Shown one piece after another: positions 1 to 12,021 of a stretch of DNA of 64,000 bases (the first letter of the stretch is position 1; every line of letters starts with the position of its first letter). This stretch comes from Okamejei kenojei (taxonomy: Eukaryota). The stretch spans positions 86,118,001 through 86,182,000 of the forward strand of contig CM069135.1 of the NCBI GenBank assembly GCA_035221665.1, written 5' to 3'. Both the position numbers and the translations under genes were made by a program. The notes beneath the pieces were generated by a model. It saw only the letters and a program-made list of their open reading frames with translations, searched no databases and was not told the origin of the DNA.

Positions 1-265
1 TCAACTTCAATTTTGCCAGCTGCGTGATCCAGCTCTGCCTGTTCAGAAAACTGAGACAGCTAAGGAGTCTTTACTTAGAAATTGGATAGTGTAGCGCCAA
101 GCTTTTTGTACTATGCAAGTCAGTTTCAATTGAAAGTAGAGTACATGTAGAAACTGGAGATTTACTAAGACAGAGAAGTGTGAACATCTGCAGTGTTACC
201 CTATGGTGTGTGATGCACACATGCACATCACTTCTGTAAATTTCATTCACACGCGTTTGGTACTA

Positions 266-355
266 TTTAGTTTAATTTAGTTTAGAGAAATAGCACATAA
301 ATAGGCCCTTTGACCAACTGAGTCTGCACCGACTAGCAATAGTTGCACATTAATG
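266..355 (-). mobile_element. HE1-type V-SINE, 3' fragment
   Basis: Reverse complement of the SINE tail (…GGGCCTRTTT…TCTAAACTAAA) seen in the full copies at 6109 and 50718. Confidence 0.7.
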
Positions 356-465
356 TTTTTAATTTCCCAGTGGTGGACTCCCAAGGAAGACACAAGCTGC
401 TGCAAACCAACTGTTTAATGGGCCCAAGATGTGCCTTTCAACTTCTAGGCACTTGAATCTTAATG

Positions 466-590
466 TTTAAGAAGGAACTGCAGATGCTGGAAAATCCAAG
501 GTAGACAAAAATGCTAGAGAAACTCAGCAGTAAGGCAGCATCTATGGAGCGAAGGAAATGGGCAACGTTTCGGGCCAAAACCTTTCTTAC
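466..590 (-). mobile_element. Penelope-like element terminal-repeat fragment with degraded hammerhead motif
   Basis: GAAGGAACTGCAGATGCTGG…AACTCAGC…GGCAGCATC…ACGTTTCGGG, homologous to the PLE 3' ends at 19.0-19.2 and 19.9 kb. Confidence 0.7.
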
Positions 591-1097
591 TTAATGTACT
601 GCTATCACATTTACTCACTCCCCAATCAGGATTTCAAATTATCAAGCAGTCACAGGGACTATTATTTAAGCCATAATTTCTGTAACTTCTGCCAATATTC
701 AGCATAAACTCCATTACGTATGCGAGCACAACCCTGGTGTAAGACTGGCAAAAGCTACATGAACATTTGGCCAGTACGAGTGCAAAATCTTTTTGTTGCC
801 TTTTAACCGCAATGTAAATGCGCTCCAAAACAGTGTAGACTGGGGAGAATAAACAGCAAAAGCCAATTACAAAGATGACAGTTATGTTCAGTTTACTTCT
901 TTTGGAAGACTGAAGAAACAAAAAGATTTTGCACTCATATATACACCACAAGCTAAAAATGATTGCTAACATCAGTATTCTATCTGCACTGTATTAAATT
1001 AACCTAAGCTTCATCGCAAAAAGTTGTTCACAATTTGAAAATACAATCTCGGAGCCATGACACTTTGTGCTGCAAATGTGCAACAATAAAAAATACA

Positions 1098-1191
1098 TAG
1101 ATAGACACAAAGTGTTGGGGTAACTCAGCGGGTCAGGCAGCATCTCTGGAGAAAAGGATAGATGACGTTTCAGCTCAGCACCTTCTTCAGG
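1098..1191 (-). mobile_element. Penelope-like terminal-repeat fragment with minimal hammerhead core (1161-1190)
   Basis: Minus strand reads CTGAAGAAGGTGCTGAGCTGAAACGTCATC. Confidence 0.7.
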
Positions 1192-1308
1192 CATAAATGC
1201 AGGGTTTGGGGGATTCAGCCCCTTATGGCTGTTCCGCTATTCAATAACTTTTACTGCAACACTACATCTCTGCACTAGACATATATCTCTTACTTTGCTT
1301 TGCATCTT

Positions 1309-2423
1309 AAACATAGAAACATAGAAATTAGGTGCAGGAGCAGGCCATTCGGCCCTTCGAGCCTGCACCGCCATTTAATATGATCATGGCTGATCATCCA
1401 ACTCAATATCCTGTACCTGCCTTCTCTCCATACCCTCTGATCCCTTCAGCCACAAGAGCCACATCCAACTCCCTCTTAAATATGGCCAACGAACTGGCCT
1501 CAACTACCTTCTGTAGCAGAGAATTCCACAGATTCACCACTCTCTGTGTGAAAAACGATTTTCTCATCTCGGTCCTAAAAGACTTCCCCCTTATCCTTAA
1601 ACTGTGACCCCTTGTCCTGGACTTCCCCAACATCGGGAACAATCTTCCTGCATCTAGCCTGTCCAACCCCTTAAGAATTTTGTAAGTCTCTATGAGATCA
1701 CCCCTCAATCTTCTAAATTCCAGCGAGTACAAGCCGAGTCTATCCAGTCTTTCTTCATATGGAATTCGTGCCATCCCAGGAATCAGTCTGGTGAACCTTC
1801 TCTGTATACCCTCTATGGCAAGAATGTCTTTCCCCAGATTAGGAGACCAAAACTGTACGCAATACTCCAGGTGTGGCCTCACCAAAACCCTATACAACTG
1901 CAGTAGAACCTCCCTACTCTTGTACTCGAATCCTTTTGCTATGAATGCCAACATACCATTCACTTTCTTCACAGCCTGCTGCACCTGCATGCCTACTTTC
2001 AATGACTGGTGTACCATGACACCCAGGTCTCGCTGCATCTCCCCTTTTCCTAATCGGACACCATTCAAATAATAGTCTACCTTCCTGTTTTTGCCACCAA
2101 AGTGGATAACCTCACATTTATCCACATTATACTGCATCTGCCATGCATTTGCCCACTCACCCAGTCTATCCAAGTCATCTTGCAGCCTCTTAGCATCCTT
2201 CTCACAGCTAACACTGCCCCCCGGCTTCGTGCCATCCGCAAACTTCGAGATGTTGCATTTAATTCCCTCGTCCAAATCATTAATGTATATTGTAAATAGC
2301 TGGGGTCCCAGCACTGAGCCTTGCAGCACCCCACTAGTCACTGTCTGCCATCCTGAAAAGTACCCGTTCACTCCTACTCTTTGCTTCCTGTCTGCCAGCC
2401 AGTTCTCTATCCACATCAATACT
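1309..2423 (-). mobile_element. CR1-clade LINE, 5'-truncated
   Basis: RT-like ORF followed by a 3' UTR ending in a (TTTCTATG)n-type tail. Confidence 0.95.
1403..2419 (-). pseudogene. CR1 ORF2 reverse transcriptase C-terminal half (338 aa open); catalytic FADD changed to FADG
   Basis: SGVLQGSVLGPQLFTIYINDLD, FADGTKPGG, VRPHLEYCVQFW, RLRGDLIETYKI, FFTQRVVNLWNSL motifs. Confidence 0.93.
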
Positions 2424-2429
2424 GAAACA

Positions 2430-2870
2430 CATCAAAATCTGTCATTCTTGGTCTTGACTGAGCCTCCGCAGCCTACATGCGTAGAAAATTCCAAAGATCT
2501 ACAGCCTTCTGTGTAAGGACATTTCTTTCCATCTCAGTCATTGTTGGCTGATCTCTTCTCTGTGACTTCTTGTTTCACACTTCCCAAATAAGGGAAACAT
2601 GATCCTGGCATCTGTCCTGCCAAACCCTATAAGTAATGTTTTAATGCGAACACCTCCCTTTCATTTAAATTCAAGAATGCTATGGCCCAGTCTGTTTAAT
2701 CTCTCTGCTCCGAGACAATTTCACAAAACAATCCAGTGAACCTTCAGTGCACTCCCTCTATTGTAAATATATCCTTCCTTGGGTAGGGAAACCAGACATA
2801 GAAATTATTCCAGATTCAATCTTGTTAGGTTTGTACGTAATTGGAGCAAAAAGCCTCCACTATTGTAGAG
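2430..2870 (-). mobile_element. Old, diverged CR1 3' fragment
   Basis: Degenerate similarity to 1480-1900. Confidence 0.55.
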
Positions 2871-3639
2871 ACTTTTTGCTCTAATTACATAGGAAAATAA
2901 TGAGATTGAATCTGCAATATTTCCCTTGCAACCAATTCTCTGGAAACCTATTTTAGACCAGAAGGCTATTTGTTTGAAGATGAAGTCAGTTGATACAAAG
3001 AGTATCTTTAACTCAGAACTCTAGAAGACATTGTTTGGTACCAACATGTAATCATTATAAAAATGCTGACAATGTGCTAGCATAATACTAAAACAATTCA
3101 CTTCATTCCTTTTCCCTGAAGACAAACCACATCAAAGGCCAATTTTGTATAGGCCTAAACAGGTTGTTGGAAACTGACAGAGGACAATGCACTGTCAGAA
3201 TTCCATTAGTAGGGACGCTAAAGAAAACTCATTACTTTGGAAAGGTGCCATAGAAACACACATTATCTTTCTGAAAAGAGATACCAGGAACACGCACCAA
3301 GAGCTGGGTTGAAGAGTAGTGTTTACAGAACATGACTGATAAGATGATTGCACAGCCCCGTGTAGAATGGGACTGTGTACAACTCCTGCACCACACAAAG
3401 ATTGAATTGCTTTTCAAACTCACCAAATAAATCCACAAGCATTGTAGTTTTAAGTCTTTTGTCAAACCTATTGATAGATTGTGGGTATGTACTGAAATTA
3501 GCTTCCAGATTTCTCTCGGCATTTTTTTAATTATAGAGGTTGATTTTATGAAAATGAGCTACATGCTAATATGACAGCAGCCATTCATAAAAAATGGCCT
3601 TCACCCACTAACTCTGGTTCTTACTCTGCTGCATGCCCT

Positions 3640-4160
3640 TTAGAGCATAGAACAATGCAGCACAGGAACAGGCCCTTCGGCCCATATTGTCGGTGCAGAA
3701 CATGATGCCAAGTTAAAATAATCTCCTCTGGCTGCATATCATCCATAACCCTCCATTCTCTGCATATCCATGTGCCTAACTAAAAGTCTCTCAAATGGCA
3801 TTATTGTAGCTGGCTCCAACACCACATCAGGCAGCTGAGGAAATGTTACAGGAACTGAGTTAGCCCCGCACATCACCTTTATATTTTTGCCCCTCTGACC
3901 TTAAAGCTATATTCTCCAGTCTTTGTCATTTCAATTCTGGTAAAAAAAATGCTCTGACTGTCTAGCCTGAATATGCCTCTCATATTATATATTTCTATCT
4001 GGTCACCATTCAACCTCCAAGGCTTCAGAGTGAACAATCCAGGTTTTTCCAGCCTTTCCTTATAGCTAACGCTCTCTAATCCAGGCAGCATCCTGGTAAA
4101 CCTCTCCTGCACCCTCCCCAAAGGCTCCACATCCTTCCTGTAATACGGCACCCAAATATT
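3640..4160 (-). mobile_element. HER1-type CR1 LINE 3' fragment
   Basis: ORF 3879..4151 (RVQERFTRMLPGLE…RLNGDQIEIY); tail GGAACAGGCCCTTCGGCCC shared with the SINE tail. Confidence 0.85.
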
Positions 4161-4202
4161 TACACTTTATTATATTCAAAGAACCATGATTATATGAGAA
4201 AT

Positions 4203-4260
4203 GTTGTCGACCTCCCCGTGGTGAGCCCTGTCAACTGACTTCAGTCAGGCGAACGACAAC
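4203..4260 (+). ncRNA. HDV-like self-cleaving ribozyme core (5' strand of P1 missing)
   Basis: P2 GTTGTCG/CGACAAC, P3 ACC/GGT, L3 TCCCCGT, P1 3' strand GAGCCCT, P4 CTGACT/AGTCAG, J4/2 GCGAA. Confidence 0.75.
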
Positions 4261-4402
4261 AAACGGAGACAGCAGCAGCGCCGTAGCTTGGCGCCAACCC
4301 GAAGCATGCGCCCTTTTTAGGGCGGGCACCTACGGATGTCGAACCGGATGGCATCACCCTGCTGCGGACTTCTGTTGCCTCAAACGCAAGAAGAAGAAGA
4401 AG
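4203..4402 (+). mobile_element. Short non-autonomous retroposon (Vingi/Ingi- or RTE-type) with HDV-like ribozyme head and (GAA)n tail
   Basis: 11-bp TSD ATATGAGAAAT at 4192-4202 and 4403-4413; CpG-rich body; tail CAAGAAGAAGAAGAAG. Confidence 0.85.
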
Positions 4403-4554
4403 ATATGAGAAATAAAAAAGGTATTCCTGAAAATATAATGAGGCAGTCAACGTGACTCCTGCCTAGAGCCGGGATTTTCAACTTGGCATTAAAAAAATGC
4501 AATTAAGTTAGCAAATTAAGTCTCTGCAATGTGCAATGACTGGCCCACTGACAT

Positions 4555-4915
4555 AATAGAGGGATGGAATACTCTCTTCCTACTTGAATAGGTGCAGCTG
4601 CAATAACAGTCAAGAAGCTTGACAATATCAAGGAATAAACATTGATCAGTACCACCCCCACTTGTCTAAACATCCACTCGGCTCAACATCAGTGCATCAT
4701 GGCTGCATTGCACGCAATCAACAAGATGTCCGATAGCACCTTGGCAAGGTTTACTCAGCACATCTACACTCCGGCATCTGGAATGACAAAACAACAAACA
4801 CTCACAAAACGTTGTTTCCAAGTCCTCTTCCAAGTCGCACATTGTCCAGAATGACCCATATAATTACAGGCATCTTTGTTGCTGAATTAATATGTTAGCA
4901 CTCTCTATCTAACAA
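4555..4915 (+). mobile_element. Old non-LTR retrotransposon RT C-terminal fragment (CR1-group-like)
   Basis: Degenerate translation MEYSLPT*IGAAAITVKKLDNI…LNIHSAQHQC, resembling LINE thumb regions. Confidence 0.55.
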
Positions 4916-6108
4916 TATTCATTTACCTTTTGGATTGCATACGGAGAAGGTAGTTCACAGTATGCAGTCGACATCTTCTATGTCAACAGGCCTTTCGAGT
5001 GTCAACCACTTTCTGTGAACTACTTGCTGATGAAAAGGAAAATAAAATGCAGTCTCTAACCTTAAACAGAATTCCAAAATTGGTATGAAGTTTAAGTACA
5101 GTCATAGATGCTGAATTTCTGTTTAGTGCACTTCTTTTTACTCTGTAAATAAACTTCTTTAAGATCAATAGAGTAAGCAGCAAATGTCAAGATTAAATGT
5201 TAATTGTACAACTTGCTCATATCCTTGGAGGTCTTGGCAGTGAGAGTGCCTCATTAAATGAATGTCAATACATAAAGTTAAAATTAAATGGCTAAACTCT
5301 TTACTAAATCACCCACACTCAATTCACTTACTATAAATTGCAAGAAAGAACAAGGAAATAAACATTAAGCAGGATTGCAACTCAACATACAACTGTAAAT
5401 TTCAGAAATGTCGTTGTCTTTGCTGTAAAAGGTAACAATTAGATTTTTTGTCTCTGGACCCACAAACTGAAATGTGTATTATCAACAATAGTGCTGAATC
5501 CAAGGAGGAGGAATGTACTGACAAATGCAAGGAGAAATTAGTGCAAATTGGAACTGCCATGACATCTGCATTCACCTTGATCACAACCCTTCAGTGCCCA
5601 TCCATAATCAGTAACATGAGCAGGATTTTGCAAGGAACAAATTAAATTCCAGAATAATTTTGACTTCTGTTTCCCACTGTAAGTGAGTTAAAAAAAAGCA
5701 GTTGCCTACAGAACAAACTCACTTTTGTATTATGATAAAATTTATGTATGCATGAGAATAAAGTGAAATTTTGGCTCTGCATTATGTGAGTAGTAGATTT
5801 ATTTTCATGGATGAATAAAAACATATGTTGCTGAAATCCTAACATCCTCTAACTAAAGGTTAACCCTTGATGCAAGTTCAGTATTCCTCCTGCAGTTAGA
5901 AGCAATGCATATTGCCTAGGGAAATAGTGTCCAATCTTGCCTTAGATGGCAGCATCAGCTTATATACCAAACAATATCATAATTGGAGAAAAACATTTCC
6001 AAAATGTATACTGATAGGTGAATGTTTTTCTTAAGGGAGCAAAGGGCAACGTTACTCGAGTTCACAAAAGTGACTTTTCCACAGACTTTACATAAAGCAT
6101 GTGTAAAT

Positions 6109-6392
6109 TTGCTGCCTAACAGCGAATGCAGCGCTGGAGACCCGGGTTCGATCCCGACTACGGGTGCTGTCTGTACGGAGTTTGTACGTTCTCCCCATGA
6201 CCTGCGTGGGTTTTCTCCGAGATCTTCGGTTTCCTCCCACACTCCAAAAATGTAGGTTAACTGGCTTGGTAAATGTAAAAAAAATGCCCCTAGTGGGTGT
6301 AGGGTAGTGATAATGTATGGGGATCACTGATCAGCGCAGACCCAGTGGGTCAAAAGGGCCTGTTTCCGTGCAGTATCTCTAAACTAAAACTA
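6109..6392 (+). mobile_element. HE1-type tRNA-derived V-SINE
   Basis: B-box GGTTCGATCCC, V-domain GGAGTTTGTACGTTCTCCCC…GGTTTCCTCCCAC, tail GGGCCTGTTTCCGTGC…TCTAAACTAAA. Confidence 0.9.
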
Positions 6393-6660
6393 GAAGTAGA
6401 AATCAAAATTAAAACAATGAAGATGTTAAAATTCTGAAATAATATCAATATTTGTGGTAAACAGGTTAGGCAGCATCAATGGGGGGGGGGGGGGGTGAGA
6501 AATGGTAATGTTTTAGGCCAGGACCTTTCATGAAAGAAAGAGAACAAGTTAATTTTCAGTAGTAGAGAAAGTGGGGGAGGAATTGACAAAATCAAGAAAA
6601 TATCTCTGGTAGGCCAAGGCTAAATGAGTAAACATACCAGTTATACGGCAGTTTGGATCA

Positions 6661-7468
6661 GTCAAAGTCAAAGTCAAAGTCAAAAGAGTTTATTGTCATG
6701 TGTCCGTGACAGGACAATGAAATTCTGTCTTTGCATAGCACAACAGAACATAGTACGCATTGACTACAGTTATATACTTAAATACACACATTAATTAATA
6801 AATTAATGAAGTGCAAATAACAGATGGAGGGTATTAATGTTCAGAGTTTTGACCGAGCCAGGTTTAATAGCCTGATGGCTGTGGGGAAGTAGCTATTCCT
6901 GAACCGGGTTGTTGCAGTTCTCAGCCTCCTGTACCTTCTACCCGAAGGTAGCAGGGAGATGAGTGTGTGGCCAGGGTGGTGTGGGTCCTTGATGATGCTG
7001 CCAGCCTTTTTGAGGCAGCGACTGTGGTAGATCCCCTCGATGGAAGGAAGGTCAGAGCCGATGATGGACTGGGCAGTGTTTACTACTTTTTGTAGTCTTT
7101 TCCTCTCCAGGGCACTCAAGTTGCCGAACCAAGCCACGATGCAACCAGTCAGCAAGCTCTCTACTGTGCACCTGTAGAAGTTGGAGAGAGTCCTTGACAG
7201 ACCGATTCTCCGTAATCTTCTCAGGAAGTAGAGGTGCTGATGAGCTTTCTTAATAATTGCGTCTATGTTCTCAGACCAGGAAAGAACTTCACAGATGTGC
7301 ACGCCCAGGAATTTGAAGGTCTTGACCCTTTCAACCATTAACCCGTTGATATAAACAGGATTGTGGGTCCCCATCCTACTCCTTCGAAAGTCCACAATCA
7401 GTTCCTTGGTTTTGCTGGTGTTGAGGGCCAGGTTATTGTGCTGGCACCATATGGACAGTCGCTCAATC
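6661..7468 (-). mobile_element. Rex1/Babar-clade LINE, 5'-truncated
   Basis: (TGACTT)n tail on minus strand, hairpin plus GACAATAAA near the 3' end, RT C-terminal ORF. Confidence 0.9.
6841..7468 (-). pseudogene. Rex1/Babar RT C-terminal fragment
   Basis: WCQHNNLALNTSKTKELIVDFRR, FKFLGVHI, LYFLRRLR, FYRCTVESLLTGCIVAWFGN, RFRNSYFPTAIRLLN. Confidence 0.9.
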
Positions 7469-9111
7469 AGACACAGGAGTTTAATTTTCTGTGCACATGC
7501 TACTGATAGCAAGGCTGTGAGATATGCTCAGCAGATAGGCATCAACCATAGAGAAAGAAGAACTCAGCTAAAATGATGACCTCAGGTTATATGAAAGAGG
7601 TGGTGGCTGCAACAACATAGCTATGAATCTCCAGATTGAATGGGACACTAAAGTGGCTGAATATAGTCCATGTGCTAAGTCACAGAAGGAGTTGAACAAG
7701 AACTTGCACAACATTCTGTAACTTGGGAGTTTCTTTGCCCAATACTAAATGTCAGTGCCATTGTTGAGACTATCATGCCATAATGTAGTTGTCAAATCTT
7801 CCATTTACCTAAATATAACTATCATCATAAAAATCAGTTCATAAATTCATAATGTTAGCATCACAGGCTTTACCAAAATAAAGATTTACTTTCTAAAAGT
7901 ATGGAGATTTTTTGGTAGACTTCATTTTCCAAATGTAAATCATATTGTAATCCTAACCTGTACTAACTGCAGATCCCCCCACAAAACTATAATTGGATTA
8001 TTGTAAAGGTGTATTGAATGTTCGACTGCCTGCCAAATTTTGGCTGAGGAATTCTTTACCTGAGCTAAAGACTTCTTAGACGAGGAGAGTGTGTGGGGAG
8101 AGGCCAACTGGTCCACCAGCAGACAGAGATTGCCTTGTTCACTTTCTGTACATAGAAATAGCAGCCTCAGAGTAACTGCCTCAAGTTAATCTCTGGTGAG
8201 TGATATGTTACTTTTTGGCAAAAGGCCCTAAAACGCAAAGCAGAATTCACAACACTAACCCAATCAGTTTGGGCACCTCAGTTCTCTACCTCCCCAACTC
8301 AATGAGCTACCCTTATCATTGCACTGGGAAGTTTTCTCATTTTCTCCATGGCAACAATAGTCTCTCCACCACCCCCCATATTATTGTCCCTTATTAATTG
8401 CCAGATAAAAAGGAGTTATTTTCCCCTTTTTTTCCCTTCCTTTAAATCCTTACTTTGTATTTTTTTTTCTGTTTCCTGAAAGATCTCAAAGCTCTCATCT
8501 AGTGGAATGCGGGCTAGGGATTAACGGGACTAATCTGTAATAAATTCAGGATGTGATCTGCTCTGACCTCACCAACTAAATCAATTGAAAAGTTACTTCA
8601 TAAGTCCCCTTAGTTATTCTTTAAGAAAATAACTGCATGGCAGGACACCCTTCCGCCCTGCTCGATTGTACTCAAATTGCTTTGGTTTTCAAATTCCTTA
8701 ATATATTTGTAGAAAAGCAGATTTAACACTCGATTGGAACAAATGAAACAGTCAGGGAAGGATCCAATGGGACACAAAAGTAGGGATGATGAAAAGCATA
8801 CTGGCTCCGAGAGAGATTGCATTCCTAATCCTGACTTTGTCTTGCTTTGCATTTGATGTCAATGCCATGGTTATTTAGATATCTACACAGTCTCCAGCAA
8901 CCAAGATCAGTCTCATAATATGATCAAAAGCACGGGAAAATGTACCATTTTTTGAGACACAAAGCCCGAGATTATCTCAATATATATGTAACATCCATTT
9001 TATTTATACCTTTGTCATTCAAATATTTAATGATTTGTAGTGAAATGTCTCGACCATTTTTCAATCAAATTCCATTACTAGTCGTATTAAAGTATAAATG
9101 CTGCTCTGTAT

Positions 9112-9370
9112 ATTAGTTTATTTTAATGTCGTGTGTACAGAGGTGCAGTGAAAAGGTTTTGTGCCGTGCTATCCAGTCAGCAGAAAGAAAATAAATGATT
9201 ACAATTGAGTCATTTACAGTGTATAAATACATAAGGTGTATAAATACATAACGTTTAGTGCAAGGTAAAGCCTGCAAAGTCCGCTCAAGGATAGTCCGAG
9301 GGTCACAAATGAGGTATATAGTAGTTCAGGACTGTTCTTTGGTTGTGGTAAGATGATTCAGTTGCCTGAT
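9112..9370 (-). mobile_element. Rex1-family 3' UTR fragment
   Basis: Matches the reverse complement of the Rex1 tail at 18180-18298; same motif at 25124, 25787, 41426. Confidence 0.7.
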
Positions 9371-10649
9371 GTAAGCTGTTACCTGGTTAAATGGGTAACC
9401 AGATGCTGGCATCATAGCTTTATATAACTTACTGCGTTAATCAATGGGCAAACTCCCTGCCTACCTGCAGTTCCAGGGTTCTGTTTATTGCCTTCTACCT
9501 GCTGGTTACCACGTTCATTCTTACAGGGAGGAGGAATAGATTGCTTTCAATAATACTGTGACTGCATCTACAACAACACTTGCATTGTATGTGCATGTTC
9601 TGCTTTTAATTTTAATTTGCTAATAAATAAAAGTAGAAAGTGCTGAAAACGCTCAATTAGTCAGGCGGCACCTGTGCAAAGACGAAGAGTTAATTTCAGG
9701 TCCAAGATCCTTCGCCAGAACTTGCAAATGCCAGAACTTTTTGTTGTCCTTATGATAAAAACATTTCAAGGCATTTCACTAAGCCATATAGAGACATTTG
9801 GAAAGATGACGGAATGATTAACATGTCCATTAAAGGAATAATAATGTTTCGCTACTGGTGCATGCTTCAGTTAAATGACACATTTCATGGAAAATAAAGA
9901 AGCCCCATAGAAACGTAATCAGAAAAAAAAAACCTTGGGTTAAAGGAGATGTCGGAAGGCACAGTGATACGCTTGGTTAAAGTGGCTTTCAATGAGAATT
10001 TTAAACAAACAGATGAGAGAGATTTAGCGAGAGAATTATGGAGTACGAGGACTTAAACAGGTGAAATCATAGCTACCAATGGTGGGTGAAGAGAAATATG
10101 AATGTACATGAAAAGATAAAGTTTTAGCAGCGTCTGTAGAGATGGTGGAGGTCACACACTCATATCATTATGTAGATTAAACAGTTAAATTATGAAGTTT
10201 ACAAATGTTTCCATTTCTTCTCATTAAGTACGCACCAGTCACCACTGGCAAGTCTACAATTTAGGCAAATCATATATTGCAGCGCAATTTCCGTAAATTC
10301 TGTCAGAATAAAATGCATGATCTAGCTAATCTCTAACATTGTCTTTTATAGCTGAGCAGTAATAACCTTTATTCGGTTGTTGCATAGCATTTTGGAATAA
10401 TAATGGTTTGGAATTCCACATAACTGAAGCTTCAGATGTGGAGCACAAATCCACAGCCATTAATGCATTTCACAGCCATTAATATGCATGTTTGGTCAAT
10501 TTTAAAGTATTTTATCTTAATATTTTATACCATACTGGTTTGTAAAAGTGGAACCATAATTTGAAGATTTTCTTCTGATATGGATTTGTGAAGGAAAGAA
10601 AATTACTTTTCTATTTGTGTCACTCCAGCATTGAAGTTAGAGACAATCA

Positions 10650-11198
10650 CAGAGTCATACAGTGTGGAAACAGGCCCTTCGGCCGAACTTGCCCACACCG
10701 GCCAACTAGTCCCACCTGCCTGTGTTTGGTCCATAACCCTCCAAACCTGTCCTATCCATGTAGCTGTCAAACTGTTTCTTAAATGTTGGGATGGTCCTAG
10801 CCTCAACTACCTCCTCTGGCAGCTTGTTCCATACACCCACCACCCTTTGAAAAAAATTACCCCTCGGATTTCTATTAAATCTGTTCTCCTTCACTTTAAA
10901 CCTATGTCCTCTGGTCCTTGATTCACCAACTCTGGGCAAGAGACTCTATACATCTACCCAATCTATTCCTCTCGTGATTTTATACATCACTATAAGATCA
11001 CCCCTCATACTCCTACGCTCTAAGGAATAGAGTCCCAGCCTACTCAACCTCTCTCGATAGCTGAGACCCTTTAGTCCTGCAACATCCCTGTAAATCCTCC
11101 CTGTACCCTTTCCAGCTTGACAAAATCATTCCTATAGCATGATACCCAGAACTGAGCACAATACTCTAAATTAGGTCTCACCAACGTCTTATGCAACT
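10650..11198 (-). mobile_element. HER1-type CR1 3' fragment, interrupted; resumes at about 12022-12052
   Basis: ORF 10706..10939 SRTRGHRFKV…FFQRVVGVWNKLPEEVV; GACTCT-type tail. Confidence 0.88.
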
Positions 11199-11200
11199 GA

Positions 11201-12021
11201 TAGGGGGCGCCGTCCAGTTGGTATGGCTGCCCAGCCTGCAGCTGTCTGTCTTTTAACTTATTTCTTTTATTTTTAGTGTGTAAAAAGTGTTTTGTTTGGA
11301 GTCTTTTTTATGTGAGGGGTGGGGGGGGAAGAGGGAAACTGTTTTTCCTGGTATCTACCTGGTCAGAGAGGCAGCTTTTCTCCGGGCTGCATCTTCGACC
11401 CGTCCTCGTGGCCTACCAGCGGGCGTGGAGCGGCATTTCTTGATGGGACCGGCCGGAACCTTGGCTTCAGCGACGGCGCAGCGCTGGAGCGCTATCGAAG
11501 AGCTGAGCAGGTGATTCCTTGCCTGGGTCGCCGTGCTGGAGCTCCAGTGTGCTGAAGACTGCGACAAAAAACATTGCAGAGTCGCGAGTCTGTGGAGTGG
11601 CCGGCTGCGGGCGGCGGAGCTGAACTTTGCATTGGGAGCCAGTGGTGGAGCTCCAACCGGTGCGGCCTTGTCGGCTTCGGAAGCCGCGGTCCCCAGTAAG
11701 GAAGCGGCCGTTGCAGGTGTCCCAAGCCACTGAGAGGATTCTCCCGATGCCGGAGCACCATCACCCGGTTAGAACGGCCTGGAACATCGGGCCTCCATGA
11801 AGGCGACTGCGGAGACCACAATGGGCCCGATTATGGGTGGACATGGGATGGGGACTGGACATTGTGCCTTCCCCCATAATGGGAAACATTGTGGGGGGAT
11901 GTTTTTTTGTGTTTAAATCTCTTTAGCATTGTTATGTCTGTATTCTTTTTTTTCTGGGCTGCATTGGCAAGAAGCATTTCACTACACCAATTGGTGTATG
12001 TGACCAATAAAATAACCTTTG
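11201..12021 (+). mobile_element. CpG-rich non-coding retroelement with Rex1-like tail (copy 1)
   Basis: Inserted inside a CR1; homologous to 54044-54840(-) and 48791-49330; ends in hairpin CACCAATTGGTG plus TGACCAATAAA. Confidence 0.75.

Noticed and set aside
1403-2419. Functional or domesticated reverse transcriptase
   Set aside because: 5'-truncated CR1 copy lacking the N-terminal RT motifs, with catalytic FADD mutated to FADG
1692-2516. Plus-strand ORFs overlapping CR1 (also 43290-44795)
   Set aside because: Antisense shadow frames of CR1 ORF2
11287-11821. Overlapping ORFs or a host CpG-island promoter (also 48.8-49.4 and 54.0-54.9 kb)
   Set aside because: GC-rich interspersed repeat; the ORFs are not conserved between the three copies
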